Assembly: GCA_951813565.1 (NCBI GenBank)
Contig: OX638351.1
Location: 4,960,001 to 5,024,000, forward strand
Length of the DNA stretch: 64,000 nt
Reading direction: 5' to 3'
Source: an uncultured Poribacteria bacterium
Lineage (GTDB): Bacteria > Poribacteria > WGA-4E > WGA-3G
A program made the position numbers and the translations under genes. This document shows positions 19,759-29,971 of the stretch, piece by piece (position 1 is the stretch's first letter; each line of letters starts with the position of its first letter). The notes beneath the pieces are model-generated. The model was given only the letters and a program-made list of their open reading frames with translations. It did no database searches and had not been told where the DNA came from.

Positions 19759-20685
19759 ATGAGTCGTATCAAAGCGTATCTTGAACTTATTCGTTATCCA
19801 CTATTTGCAATTCCGATTGTTGCGACACTTCCGGGCGCGCTTATTGCCAGCGAAGGACAATTGACATGGCGCGTTGCTGCAGCACTCATCATCGCGTTGT
19901 TCGGCTACTTTGCGGGTATGATAAAAAATGACTATTTTCACCGTGAAACAGATGCGCTTACAAATCCTGAACGTCCTCTTCCTTCAAATCGCCTAACGCC
20001 TAAACAAGCTTTGGTGCCCGCAAGTATTATCTATGCACTATGCGTTCTCTGCGGATTTTTGCTAAACGTAAAAGCGGGTTTACTGGTAATGGCGTTAGTC
20101 GCAATTTCGCATCTCTATAATGCGTTTTTCAAAGCAAAAGGAATCTTAGGGAGTTTAACACTGCCTTTGGGAATTGGAATGTTGAATGTCTTTGGCGCGT
20201 TAGTCGTGAGTGGAAGTGTGCCACGGTTAGTGTGGTATGCTTTTGGGGCAACAACACTTTACGATTTAGGCACACATATTACAACCACGTTTAAAGACAT
20301 TTCACGGGATAGAGAGCATGGTATCACAACAACACCTGTACAACTCGGTATTCGTCCAGCGCTGTTTTTGTCTGCCGCCGCAACGATATTAGCTTTTGTT
20401 GTCGCGCTTCTACCGTATTGGCTGGAAGATCCGCTTATCCAAAAATCTTATGCCGTTTGGGTAATTCTGGGTGTACTCGCTGCTATTATAACCCGTATCC
20501 CACTCTATCTGCAACCGAACGAGAAAAACGGTTATTTTGCGTTACAGGGATCAATGATCGGTTCAATTATGTTTTTTCCGTGCCTCATCGGTGCACAAGT
20601 ATCTGTTATCATCTCTGCAGCTGTGATTCTACCTTTGTTGTTAGTGACAATGTTCTTGTTAAGAATTACACGACAAGAGGTCTGA
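19759..20685 (+). CDS. UbiA family prenyltransferase
   Basis: NDYFHRETDALTNPERPLPS and FKDISRDREHGITTTP aspartate-rich motifs, multi-TM. Confidence 0.85.
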   Translation: MSRIKAYLELIRYPLFAIPIVATLPGALIASEGQLTWRVAAALIIALFGYFAGMIKNDYFHRETDALTNPERPLPSNRLTPKQALVPASIIYALCVLCGFLLNVKAGLLVMALVAISHLYNAFFKAKGILGSLTLPLGIGMLNVFGALVVSGSVPRLVWYAFGATTLYDLGTHITTTFKDISRDREHGITTTPVQLGIRPALFLSAAATILAFVVALLPYWLEDPLIQKSYAVWVILGVLAAIITRIPLYLQPNEKNGYFALQGSMIGSIMFFPCLIGAQVSVIISAAVILPLLLVTMFLLRITRQEV

Positions 20686-20837
20686 AGATAAATATTGTAG
20701 ATTTTTAACGATATAGTAGATCGGGTACTGTAAGGGTGGGTCCCCGTGCCTGCCCGTTGTTTCTTATCAATAATGGCGAGGCACAGAGACCTCGCCCTAC
20801 AGTGATTTAAGATAGACTTTACAATAAAGGATAAAAT

Positions 20838-22283
20838 ATGAAAAATATCGTTTTTCTTATTACTGACACGTTCCGTTATGACAACCTCGGTGAACGCGCT
20901 GAAAAACCTATCCGTACACCACTGCTGGATAAATTTGAAGCGGAACGTGCAACTGCTATTGACAAATTCTATATGAGTAGTTTTCCTACAATCCCGCACC
21001 GCACTGATGTAGCGACTGGCACATTGGGATGGCCCCACTACGGGTGGCAACCAATTGATCAGAGCGGTCCAAACCATATCGCACAGCTCTTAGGTGGGCA
21101 AGGATACGCAACGCAGCTAATCTGCGATTGCCCGCATCTGTTTAACGCCCGGTTCCAGCAAGGATTTCAAGCTGCCTTCCAACATCGCGGACAAGAGGGT
21201 GATAAACCGCTGCTCCATCTGAATGACGAAATACAGACGATCATGCCGGACGACAAAACGCGTCCGAATCCTGCTTTCCGTGGAAATACTTTGCCTAATA
21301 CCCACCGTTGGACAAACAGATACTACCAATACGAGGCAGAAACGTTTTCCGGGAGGACATCGCAATCCACTGTCCGATTCTTAGAGGAGAACTATCACTC
21401 GGGACCTTTCTTCCTCTGGGTTGATTTCTTTGATCCGCACGAACCTTGGGATCCACCCGAATATATTGTCAAACGCTACGATCCAACCTACTCTGGACCA
21501 CCAATGCTACATCCAAACTATGGGCGATCATCTATCTATACTGATGCGGAGTTGCATAATCTGTGGGCACACTACGCTGGCGAATCGGAGATGGTTGATC
21601 GGCATATCGGACGAATTCTTGAAAAAGTTGACGACCTTGAACTTTGGGATGATACGCTTGTTGTCGTAATGTCTGACCACGGGATGTCTATCGGGGAACA
21701 TGGTAGGACAGGAAAATCTAACATTGATTCTGAAGACCCACGGTATTGGCCTACCTATCCTGAAATTAACCATGAAATGTTTTTGATTGCTGGCGGTGAT
21801 GTTCCACAAGGACAACGTCTGGATATGATTGCGCAACCGATGGACATTCTGCCAACGTTATGTGATTTAGCAGGTGTTACGCTTGATCCTCGGAAACCTT
21901 TTGACGGACGTTCCTTTGCAGATGCGCTTCTCAGCGGTGACTCACAACACAGAGAATATGCGGTTACTGGCACGCATATAGGTTCACGCAACGGCACTGT
22001 GCCACGCCGCGCGACAACACCCTTCCTTGTAACCGAACGGTGGGGATACGCGCCGGTAGGTGAACACGGCACACCTGAATTGTTCGACTTATCAGTAGAC
22101 CCGATTGCGACTAATAATCTTGCTGAGGACAATGCTGCACTTGTCGCCGAATTGCATCAGCTCTTTATGGCACACCTTTTGGAGCATAATGCACCAGAAA
22201 CTTTCTTAGCACTATGGCAAGACCCACCGACAGGAGAAGGTAAAGGCAAATGGTCAATTGATTATCCTGAAAAAAAAGAATAA
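20838..22283 (+). CDS. Sulfatase-like hydrolase (alkaline phosphatase superfamily)
   Basis: ITDTFRYD, TIPHRT, DPHEPW, SDHG and ELFDL..DP...NNLA motifs. Confidence 0.85.
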   Translation: MKNIVFLITDTFRYDNLGERAEKPIRTPLLDKFEAERATAIDKFYMSSFPTIPHRTDVATGTLGWPHYGWQPIDQSGPNHIAQLLGGQGYATQLICDCPHLFNARFQQGFQAAFQHRGQEGDKPLLHLNDEIQTIMPDDKTRPNPAFRGNTLPNTHRWTNRYYQYEAETFSGRTSQSTVRFLEENYHSGPFFLWVDFFDPHEPWDPPEYIVKRYDPTYSGPPMLHPNYGRSSIYTDAELHNLWAHYAGESEMVDRHIGRILEKVDDLELWDDTLVVVMSDHGMSIGEHGRTGKSNIDSEDPRYWPTYPEINHEMFLIAGGDVPQGQRLDMIAQPMDILPTLCDLAGVTLDPRKPFDGRSFADALLSGDSQHREYAVTGTHIGSRNGTVPRRATTPFLVTERWGYAPVGEHGTPELFDLSVDPIATNNLAEDNAALVAELHQLFMAHLLEHNAPETFLALWQDPPTGEGKGKWSIDYPEKKE

Positions 22284-22524
22284 AACACGTAGAAAATAAA
22301 TTTAGGGCAAGCCTCTGTGCGTATATTCGTCCAGGGGCTTTTGCCATTTGATGAATCATAAAAATAAAAATAACTTGATTTTCATTCAAAATTAAGGTAA
22401 ACTGTAAGGAAATTAACGAAATGCGTTAAATAGTTATTAGGCATTTGAAATTCCTCTGCTGCACCTCAAATTCTATCTGTTGCATATTCCATTCCTAAAC
22501 ATATCCAAATCATAGTAGGATTAA

Positions 22525-24498
22525 ATGAATACAAGAATTTTTAGCATCATAAGCGTGTTTATTCTGACATTGACCTTCTCTTCGTGTACTATGACGTTAA
22601 TAGGTAGTTCTGTATATGTTGAGCAACTCTACCAATCCGCTGAACAGTTATACACACAACAGAACTATGAAGGGGCGATCACCAAGTATACAGAAGCACT
22701 TATAGAATCAGAAAAGTCCGGTGTAAAAACTGAAAATATTGACAAAGACTTTACAACGCTGGCCAATTTCAAGATTGCAGTTACTTACTCCCGACTTGCC
22801 GAACAAACAGGGAACGTTAGCCATTACTCTACTGCGATTCGGTTAGTGGAAAATGTCGCACCAACGGCTACTGTGCCGAAACATCAAGAGGGATTAACAT
22901 ATCTCTGGGGGCATATTCTCTATCGTACAGAGCAATATGAACTCGCTGAAGAAAAGTTCTTACAGTTAATTGAAAACTTTCCAAACAGTCCACAGATAGA
23001 GAATGCGTGGTACGCCATTGGACAGTTAAATTTTAAATCGCAAAACTATGAAAACTCTCGAATTGCCTTCAGGCATATTCTTGCTGCCTATCCTACCTCC
23101 GAATTTAAAGACGATGCGCTTTACCTCATCGCCCAATCGTTTCTTGATGAAGAAAACTATGAGCTCGCCTACCCGGAATTTGATAGATTTTCCACAGAAG
23201 AATTTAAGAACTATCCCGAGATGCATGCCGATGCGATGTACAAATCCGCATACTGTTTGAATCAATTGGATAGACACGACGAAGCAATTAGTCGTTATAT
23301 AAAATTCATCATAAAGTTTCCGAAAAGTCCACTCGTAACTGCAGTATACTTCGACCAGGGCGGAATTTTTGCTAAACAGAAAAACTATGAAAACGCACGT
23401 GTCAACTACGAGTTAGCACTTCAAAATACAACAGACCAGCAACTCCAATCAGAAATACAGGCTGCAATTGGACAAATGTATTTTGACCGCGCTGACTATG
23501 AAAATGCAATCGCTGTTTATACTGCCCTTATTAATGCTTATCCGTTAAGCGACTTTGTAGCAGATGCGAAACTCGGAATCGCAGACAGTCAGTTTCAATT
23601 GGAACGTTGGAACGATGCAGTTAGTTCTTATCGAGCCGTTATACAACATGAACTGCAAAATGGTGACGGCACCGAATACGTTTTTACACCTTATTGTTTT
23701 TTCCAAGTTGGGGAAGCGTTTTACAAATTCGTCACCTCTCAGAACGAAACAGTTCTGAGCGAAGAGTTAATCGGAACCCTGGAAGTCGCGTTAAAATCTT
23801 ACCAAACAATAGCTAAGCTCTTTCCAGATAACCCGATTCTACCGCATGCATCGTATGGTGCAATCTGGACATTGGACAAGTTGGGACACACAGCAGATTT
23901 TCAGAAAGCCGCTTACGATTTTATTCAAAAGTATCAAAATGATCCTGAATTTGACATTTTTGCAGCGGAAGTGCAACTTCGTAGTGCCGACATAAAGCGC
24001 ACAAAATTTAAACAATATGTCGACGCAGCAGAAGAATATGCGCAAACTTGGGATTATCCGCCATTACCAAAGTTCCTCCTCCTAAAATTGAAGGCAAAGT
24101 TTTTTGAGGGACTCTCTTATTATCAAGCTGCCAATTCGGTAAGTGACGATAAAGTAAATACGTCTGCAGATTTGAGAACGGAATACCTTAAAAAATCTGT
24201 CGAAGCATATCACGCTGCTATAACATTTTTTTCTGATGATGTATACCTTAAAGGCGTTGAAGAGGGAAGGTATGACGACTTTGCTGAACGAAGATCGCAT
24301 GTTGAAGCGTGCATCATGAATGCAGCACTTTCGCACTTGGCACTTGAAAACCCTGATCAAACGATTAGCCTTTATATGTCAATTCCTGATTCAAGTCAGC
24401 ACTACCAAAAAGCGCAATATTATTTGAGAAAACTTGTAAATAATGAAGATCTTGTTGATGAAATTGAAGTAGTTGAACTGGAATCTATACAAAAATGA
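22525..24498 (+). CDS. Tetratricopeptide-repeat lipoprotein (BamD/CpoB-like repeats)
   Basis: Lipobox FSSC and repeated A...F..LI..FP.S...A TPR units. Confidence 0.8.
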   Translation: MNTRIFSIISVFILTLTFSSCTMTLIGSSVYVEQLYQSAEQLYTQQNYEGAITKYTEALIESEKSGVKTENIDKDFTTLANFKIAVTYSRLAEQTGNVSHYSTAIRLVENVAPTATVPKHQEGLTYLWGHILYRTEQYELAEEKFLQLIENFPNSPQIENAWYAIGQLNFKSQNYENSRIAFRHILAAYPTSEFKDDALYLIAQSFLDEENYELAYPEFDRFSTEEFKNYPEMHADAMYKSAYCLNQLDRHDEAISRYIKFIIKFPKSPLVTAVYFDQGGIFAKQKNYENARVNYELALQNTTDQQLQSEIQAAIGQMYFDRADYENAIAVYTALINAYPLSDFVADAKLGIADSQFQLERWNDAVSSYRAVIQHELQNGDGTEYVFTPYCFFQVGEAFYKFVTSQNETVLSEELIGTLEVALKSYQTIAKLFPDNPILPHASYGAIWTLDKLGHTADFQKAAYDFIQKYQNDPEFDIFAAEVQLRSADIKRTKFKQYVDAAEEYAQTWDYPPLPKFLLLKLKAKFFEGLSYYQAANSVSDDKVNTSADLRTEYLKKSVEAYHAAITFFSDDVYLKGVEEGRYDDFAERRSHVEACIMNAALSHLALENPDQTISLYMSIPDSSQHYQKAQYYLRKLVNNEDLVDEIEVVELESIQK

Positions 24499-24616
24499 CT
24501 TTGCGTTGATTAGAAGGTAATATAAAACTTTGTTTTTTTCAAACTAAACATAAGGTAATTTTGTCTTATTAAGTACGGTGTCAAAATGTATATATAGGAA
24601 GAAAGAACAAAAGCAC

Positions 24617-25927
24617 ATGGAATCTTCAACCGAATTAGTCAACAAACTTAGACATCTTGTTGAGGAGTCTTGTATCCTGCAGGGGGATCAGGTATCGGCT
24701 TATACTTACGACAGCATAGTTCCTGAAGTAGTTGTCCTGCCTGCCTCTGTCCAAGAGATGCAAAATGTTCTTCAGTTTGCATCAGCACATGATTATACCG
24801 TTATGCCCGCAGGTGCGGGGACAAAACTCGGAGTCGGCAACTTACCACCGAAAACGGATATAGTGTTGGCAACGACTCATCTAAACAGTGTGGTGGAATA
24901 TGAACCTGCTGATTTGACCGTAACTGTAGAAGCAGGTATTCGGTTAGCCGATCTACAAACTGATTTAGCGAAACATCGGCAATTTTTTCCGTTAAATCCA
25001 CCTTATGGGAACAGATGTACTATCGGAGGGATTGTTGCTACAAATGCCAGTGGCCCACTTCGTCTTCAATATGGAACTGCAAGAAATTTGGTCTTAGGTA
25101 TGCACGTCGTGCACGCCAATGGTACAGTCGTAAAGAGTGGTGGTAAAGTCGTTAAAAATGTCGCAGGATACGATCTTAACAAACTTTATATCGGTGCTTT
25201 TGGAACGCTCGGTATTATCACTGAAGTAACGCTCAAATTAGCACCGCTACCTGCACGTCAGGCGATTGTTGCTGCGCAGTTTCAAAACGTTCAAGATGCA
25301 GTTAATACTGGATTGTGTATAGTCAGTTCACAGACGCTACCAACATTTGTAAATCTATGCACAAATTTGTGTATTGACCAATTTTCGGATAGAAAACCGA
25401 CATTAATAGTCGGATTTGGTGGAGATTCTGATACTGTAACATGGCAACTCAACTCAGCGCAATCACTTGTGGAACAAAACGGTGCTTTAGGTGTGCAAAT
25501 TATTGAAGGGGAATCGCAAGAAAGTATCAGTCATTTTATTCAGGAATTTTCTACGGTTGATAAGGCAACCGATACCGCGACCGTAAAGGTTAATCTCAAG
25601 CGGACAGATATCGCAGAATTTGCTGAGATAGCATTGGAAGTTACAGATAAGATGATGGCACTGTTAGGAAATGGTGTCCTTTATCTAAAAATAACATCAG
25701 ATTCTGATACCGATTTACAAGAACTTGCAAACACACTAACGGAGCTACGTCAAAATGCTGTAGATGCAGGAGGCAACCTAATCATAGAGGCTGCACCACC
25801 TGAACTCAAACGGCAGATAGATGTGTGGGGTTCCATTGGTAGCACTCTCAACTTGATGAAACAGGTTAAGGCAAAGTTTGATGGTGGTAGTGTATTGAAC
25901 CCCGGACGTTTTGTTTCAGGTATTTAG
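24617..25927 (+). CDS. FAD-binding oxidoreductase, glycolate oxidase GlcE-like
   Basis: EPADLTVTVEAG, TIGGIVATNASGP, GGKVVKNVAGYDL and KAKFD...LNPGRF motifs. Confidence 0.85.
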   Translation: MESSTELVNKLRHLVEESCILQGDQVSAYTYDSIVPEVVVLPASVQEMQNVLQFASAHDYTVMPAGAGTKLGVGNLPPKTDIVLATTHLNSVVEYEPADLTVTVEAGIRLADLQTDLAKHRQFFPLNPPYGNRCTIGGIVATNASGPLRLQYGTARNLVLGMHVVHANGTVVKSGGKVVKNVAGYDLNKLYIGAFGTLGIITEVTLKLAPLPARQAIVAAQFQNVQDAVNTGLCIVSSQTLPTFVNLCTNLCIDQFSDRKPTLIVGFGGDSDTVTWQLNSAQSLVEQNGALGVQIIEGESQESISHFIQEFSTVDKATDTATVKVNLKRTDIAEFAEIALEVTDKMMALLGNGVLYLKITSDSDTDLQELANTLTELRQNAVDAGGNLIIEAAPPELKRQIDVWGSIGSTLNLMKQVKAKFDGGSVLNPGRFVSGI

Positions 25928-26334
25928 CACTCCCCGTCAAACCCCCTGCCTTTAGGTAGGGGATGTCCACGGCTAATGATGTGATGGACAGCACGAAATG
26001 TCCAGCGAAAGCGGAATAAAACCCATCGCTATAACGAAACCTATAAAGTTGGTGGATAGCGTCCATATCAAGCCACTGCAGCACTGCAGACTGGAATGCG
26101 TGAGCGGAGGCACCCCCTCCCGAAGTCTAAGGACTTGTCGCGTGGCGTGCCTGGTAGGAAGGGCAGCTGTGAAATGGGTGGAAAGATAGCCAACCCACGA
26201 CATTGCGAAAAACAAATCAAACAGGCGGGCTTAGCCGCCTAAAGTGGAGACACTATAAGACGGTGGACGCTAAGCGAAAACCGCAGTCGCGAGGAAGCAC
26301 AAGCCCCTACCTTTAGGTAGTGGGTACCTATGAC
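25928..26334 (+). mobile_element. ORF-less IS200/IS605-like element, copy 2 (~407 bp)
   Basis: Starts right after TTTAG, whose TAG is the upstream stop codon. Left hairpin CCCCTGCC-TTTA-GGTAGGGG, right hairpin CCCCTACC-TTTA-GGTAGTGGG, ending TATGAC. Confidence 0.75.
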
Positions 26335-26374
26335 ACCCTAACATCAAGCACGCATTGAAAAGGGAGATCATAAC

Positions 26375-27994
26375 ATGGAAAACACAAAAGGGAGGATTCT
26401 GTGGATTGATAGCGCATTAAGAGTACCATTGGCAAGCCCATATTTGAAGTCTGAGTTGAAGCTTTATGTTCGGTTTTTAGAGTATCACGGATATGATGTT
26501 GTGGTAACAGATAACGGTGTAGAAGGGATCGCTTTGCTCAGAGAAAAAACATTTCACGCTGTACTATTAAATTATGAATTGCCAACACGCAACGGGGACA
26601 TGCTCTCACGCACACGAAAAGAGGACGCACACATTCCTGTCATTCTGCTGACTAAAGTCGGTGGACAAGAGATAATGGAGAAAGCGAGCCTTCATGGTGT
26701 TAACGATGTTTTGATAATGCCTACAAACCCCAGACAGTTGGTTTCATCACTCGCATTTTTACTTGAAAAACAGAACATGCGAGAAACATATACACCGCAA
26801 GCGTACGTCAAGAACTTTAATAAACAATACGCTTTGGAACACAGTCAGACACATACTTTGTTGGATGAACTTCATGATAAGGACTGGCAGGCGTGGATAG
26901 ATGCTTATGTCCATTTTGTTGAATGGGATATCAGATTGGATTCTCTTTCTAACGTTGATGAGCTTAAAACTATCCATGCCAGTGAAAAACGTGAAGCCAA
27001 CTCCGCTTTTGCTGACTATATCCAAAACACCTACAGTTTATGGCTTGACGATGAAAACTCGCCTGCATTATCCGTAGATGTTTTTTACAAATATGTTATT
27101 CCAGAGATACAGATGGGAAAATCCGTGCTGTTTGTCGTAATGGATTGTATGCGGTTGGACCACTGGTTGAAAATTGAGCCGCTGCTCTACCGTGATTTTC
27201 GCATCACAAAACACTATCACTATTCTATTTTACCGACAACGACCCGTTATGCTCGGAATGCTATTTTTAGTGGTCTTTTTCCGAGAGATTTAGCCGAAAG
27301 ATACCCTGAGTTGTATGCTGAACCCGATGAGGGACATACAAGTATTAACCGTTATGAGAAAGAACTCCTATATTTACAACTTGAGCGACATGGGATAGTC
27401 TTAAAACCATCGCCACATTATTTCAAGATTTTTGATGCGCGCGGGGAAATTCAATATTTACAGTGGTTAACTGACGCAAACCGGATTAGTTTGGCAGCAG
27501 TTGTCGTAGATTTTCTTGACATGCTGACGCACCTACGGAGTGAGGAGTCTCTCTTTCAACAACTCATTCCGAATGAAGAAGCGTTTCGGACACTTGTACA
27601 AACGTGGTTTCAGAGTTCACGTCTCTATAAAATAATTAATCTTGCAGCTGAACGTGGAACAACCATAATAATTACATCGGATCACGGATCAGTGTTGTGT
27701 CAAAACGCTGCGAAAATTTCGAGCCATCACGAGCTTACCAGTGGACTTCGAGCAAAAGAGGGCAAAAACATATCATGTGCCCCTGAAGCTGGATTGCTCA
27801 TAGATGATCCGGAAGCATATCGGTTACCAGGCGATGCAGCAGCAAAAAACTACATCATTGCGAAAGAAGATTATTTTTTTGTTTATGAAAGGCAGTTTAA
27901 CGTATATAAAGAAATGTTTGAGGGCAGCTTCCAACATGGAGGCATTTCATTTGAAGAGATGATTCTTCCCTGTGTTGTGCTTGAACCGAGGTGA
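26375..27994 (+). CDS. PorX-like protein: receiver domain plus PglZ/alkaline-phosphatase-fold domain
   Basis: N-terminal REC (ILWID, VLLNYELP, PVILLTK). PglZ-like motifs VMDCMRLDHW, SILPTTTRYARNAIFSG, DFLDMLTH, TSDHG and FQHGGISFEEM. Confidence 0.85.
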   Translation: MENTKGRILWIDSALRVPLASPYLKSELKLYVRFLEYHGYDVVVTDNGVEGIALLREKTFHAVLLNYELPTRNGDMLSRTRKEDAHIPVILLTKVGGQEIMEKASLHGVNDVLIMPTNPRQLVSSLAFLLEKQNMRETYTPQAYVKNFNKQYALEHSQTHTLLDELHDKDWQAWIDAYVHFVEWDIRLDSLSNVDELKTIHASEKREANSAFADYIQNTYSLWLDDENSPALSVDVFYKYVIPEIQMGKSVLFVVMDCMRLDHWLKIEPLLYRDFRITKHYHYSILPTTTRYARNAIFSGLFPRDLAERYPELYAEPDEGHTSINRYEKELLYLQLERHGIVLKPSPHYFKIFDARGEIQYLQWLTDANRISLAAVVVDFLDMLTHLRSEESLFQQLIPNEEAFRTLVQTWFQSSRLYKIINLAAERGTTIIITSDHGSVLCQNAAKISSHHELTSGLRAKEGKNISCAPEAGLLIDDPEAYRLPGDAAAKNYIIAKEDYFFVYERQFNVYKEMFEGSFQHGGISFEEMILPCVVLEPR

Positions 27995-28057
27995 ATTGCA
28001 GTTGTCAGGTAAACTGTAAAATATACTTTTACGTTATCAGTAATCAAAATTTATTGA

Positions 28058-29962
28058 ATGTTCTCTTCCAAGGAGAAGAAACGTATGCAAAAGAACACTA
28101 AACCTAATATCACTTCACTTTGGGTGCTGTTAATATTTATCACACTAATATTTCCGATTAGCACACAAGCACAGTTTCCTGATTTTGAGTTTTCCGACAA
28201 TCAACCTGTTGAAAAATTAAGCGCTGAAGGGTATATCTCTTTGGATAAGGTACAACCCGGAAGGGATTTCCAAATCGCAGTTGTTGTACAGATTACAGAA
28301 GGATGGCATGTTAATGCTAATCCCGCTCGCGAAGGACTTATACCAACTGAGGTAACACTTCCCGATACGCCGAACTTAACTTTTGGGAAAGTGGTATATC
28401 CGATAGGGGACACACTCAATCTCGCTTCAATAGGAGAAGCACCAGTCTACCACGACACCATCACTATCGGCATTCCAGCAACTTTGCTTCAAAACACGCC
28501 AATTGGACCTACAACTTTGGATATGCAGCTTCGTTATCAAGCGTGTAATGATGAACAGTGTCTGTTACCAGAAACGTTAAGTGTTACTATACCGATAAAT
28601 GTTGTCAGTTTAGCTGAAACCGCACAACAAGTTAATGAAACTATTTTTGCTAATGTTGCATTCGAGACACCGACAAATATCAGCGATGAAGGTGAAGGGG
28701 GGATTGCAGGAGCGTTATCTGGAGGAAAATTGTGGCTTGCATTCCTGCTTGTGTTCGCTGGTGGAATTGTGACGAGTTTAACACCTTGTGTATACCCGTT
28801 AATTCCAATCACAGTCTCAATCTTCGGCGCGAATGAGTCTACTGGTATTTTCAAATCATTTCTACTTTCTGTTGTGTATGTCCTTGGCATCGTCGTGACC
28901 TATTCAATTTTAGGTGTTGCAGTGGCATCAACAGGCGCAGTATTCGGTCAGATAATGGCGAATCCATGGGTAATCGGATTTATCAGTTTGATTCTCGTTA
29001 CGCTTGGGTTGTCAATGTTTGGTGTTTTTGAGATTCGTCTTCCATCTTCTATGCAAAACAAGCTGAATACTGTTGGTGGCGCTGGATTTGTCGGTGCATT
29101 CGGGATGGGAACTGTTGCGGGAGTCATCGCAGCACCATGCACAGGACCGGCATTAGCTGCGGTCTTGGCATATATTGCGACTACAAGCAGCTTAGTGCTC
29201 GGGTTCTGGCTGATGTTTACGTATGCCCTCGGCATGGGATTACTGTTCATCTGCATAGGTACGTTCTCTGGTTTGCTTTCTGCCCTACCACGTTCAGGTG
29301 GATGGATGTATGTCTTGGAAAATATCTTTGGCATCGCGATAATTACGATGGCACTCTACTTCCTCAAAGATGTTGAAGTTTTTGCCCCGTTGAAGAGTTT
29401 TCTGCAGAACTCACTTCCGTTTTTTGCTTTTGCAGGAGGCTTAGTTATAGTTGGATTATGGCTTAGTAAATTGACAGAACGTTTCAGTGGTATTCCCTCT
29501 GAAAAGAGGGTTCAGAAGGCGTTCGGTCTGCTGTTGGCAGTACTCGGTGCATATATGATAGTAGGCGGACTTCAACAGCCTGCTGCTGGACCACACCTGA
29601 ACTGGGTTTACGATGAACCGGCGGCATTGGAGGCTGCTAAACAGGAAGATAAATTAGTAATGCTTGATTTTTACGCGACTTGGTGCGGCGCCTGTAATGA
29701 ACTGGATCATAAAACTTTTTCTGAGCCGGTTATTGTTGACAAGTTAGAGAATTATGTTACTGTCAAGCTTGATTTTAGTGCTGAATCTGACAAGATATTG
29801 ACAGAAAAGTATCAGATTCGCGGATTGCCTGTTGTTATTTTTATGGATGCGCAACGGAATATTCTTGAGCGGATTGAAAAGTTTGTTGACGCGGAGGATA
29901 TGCTCAAAATAATTGAAGATGTTGAGACTAAAGCAAAATCTACTAAGCGGAACACTTTGTAG
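28058..29962 (+). CDS. dsbD: Thiol:disulfide interchange protein DsbD
   Basis: N-domain YQACNDEQCL, TM domain LTPCVYP and AAPCTGP, and C-terminal thioredoxin WCGAC. Confidence 0.9.
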   Translation: MFSSKEKKRMQKNTKPNITSLWVLLIFITLIFPISTQAQFPDFEFSDNQPVEKLSAEGYISLDKVQPGRDFQIAVVVQITEGWHVNANPAREGLIPTEVTLPDTPNLTFGKVVYPIGDTLNLASIGEAPVYHDTITIGIPATLLQNTPIGPTTLDMQLRYQACNDEQCLLPETLSVTIPINVVSLAETAQQVNETIFANVAFETPTNISDEGEGGIAGALSGGKLWLAFLLVFAGGIVTSLTPCVYPLIPITVSIFGANESTGIFKSFLLSVVYVLGIVVTYSILGVAVASTGAVFGQIMANPWVIGFISLILVTLGLSMFGVFEIRLPSSMQNKLNTVGGAGFVGAFGMGTVAGVIAAPCTGPALAAVLAYIATTSSLVLGFWLMFTYALGMGLLFICIGTFSGLLSALPRSGGWMYVLENIFGIAIITMALYFLKDVEVFAPLKSFLQNSLPFFAFAGGLVIVGLWLSKLTERFSGIPSEKRVQKAFGLLLAVLGAYMIVGGLQQPAAGPHLNWVYDEPAALEAAKQEDKLVMLDFYATWCGACNELDHKTFSEPVIVDKLENYVTVKLDFSAESDKILTEKYQIRGLPVVIFMDAQRNILERIEKFVDAEDMLKIIEDVETKAKSTKRNTL

Positions 29963-29971
29963 GAGACTTAC

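Noticed and set aside
20532..21077. Longer antisense or alternate-frame ORFs (e.g. 20532-21077, 45575-46123, 48819-49358, 4258-4731)
   Set aside because: They overlap well-supported genes on the opposite strand or frame and lack motifs, so they are treated as shadow ORFs.
25973..26215. ORFs of 63-80 aa within the duplicated 407-bp element (also 13467-13691)
   Set aside because: They have no recognisable motifs. The frame equivalent to 25998-26189 has a stop in the other copy (CAG TAA), and the opposite-strand ORFs end at different places in the two copies. Conservation fits non-coding structure better.
25928..26334. Group I intron/IStron or group II intron interpretation of the 407-bp element
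   Set aside because: No clear group I P/Q/R/S consensus (only a weak AGACT/AGTCT pairing), the element ends in C rather than G, there is no group II domain V, and both copies are intergenic. Not formally excluded without Infernal.
26375..27994. BREX system suggested by the PglZ domain
   Set aside because: The protein is a REC-PglZ (PorX-type) fusion in a housekeeping context, with no brxC, pglX or brxL nearby.
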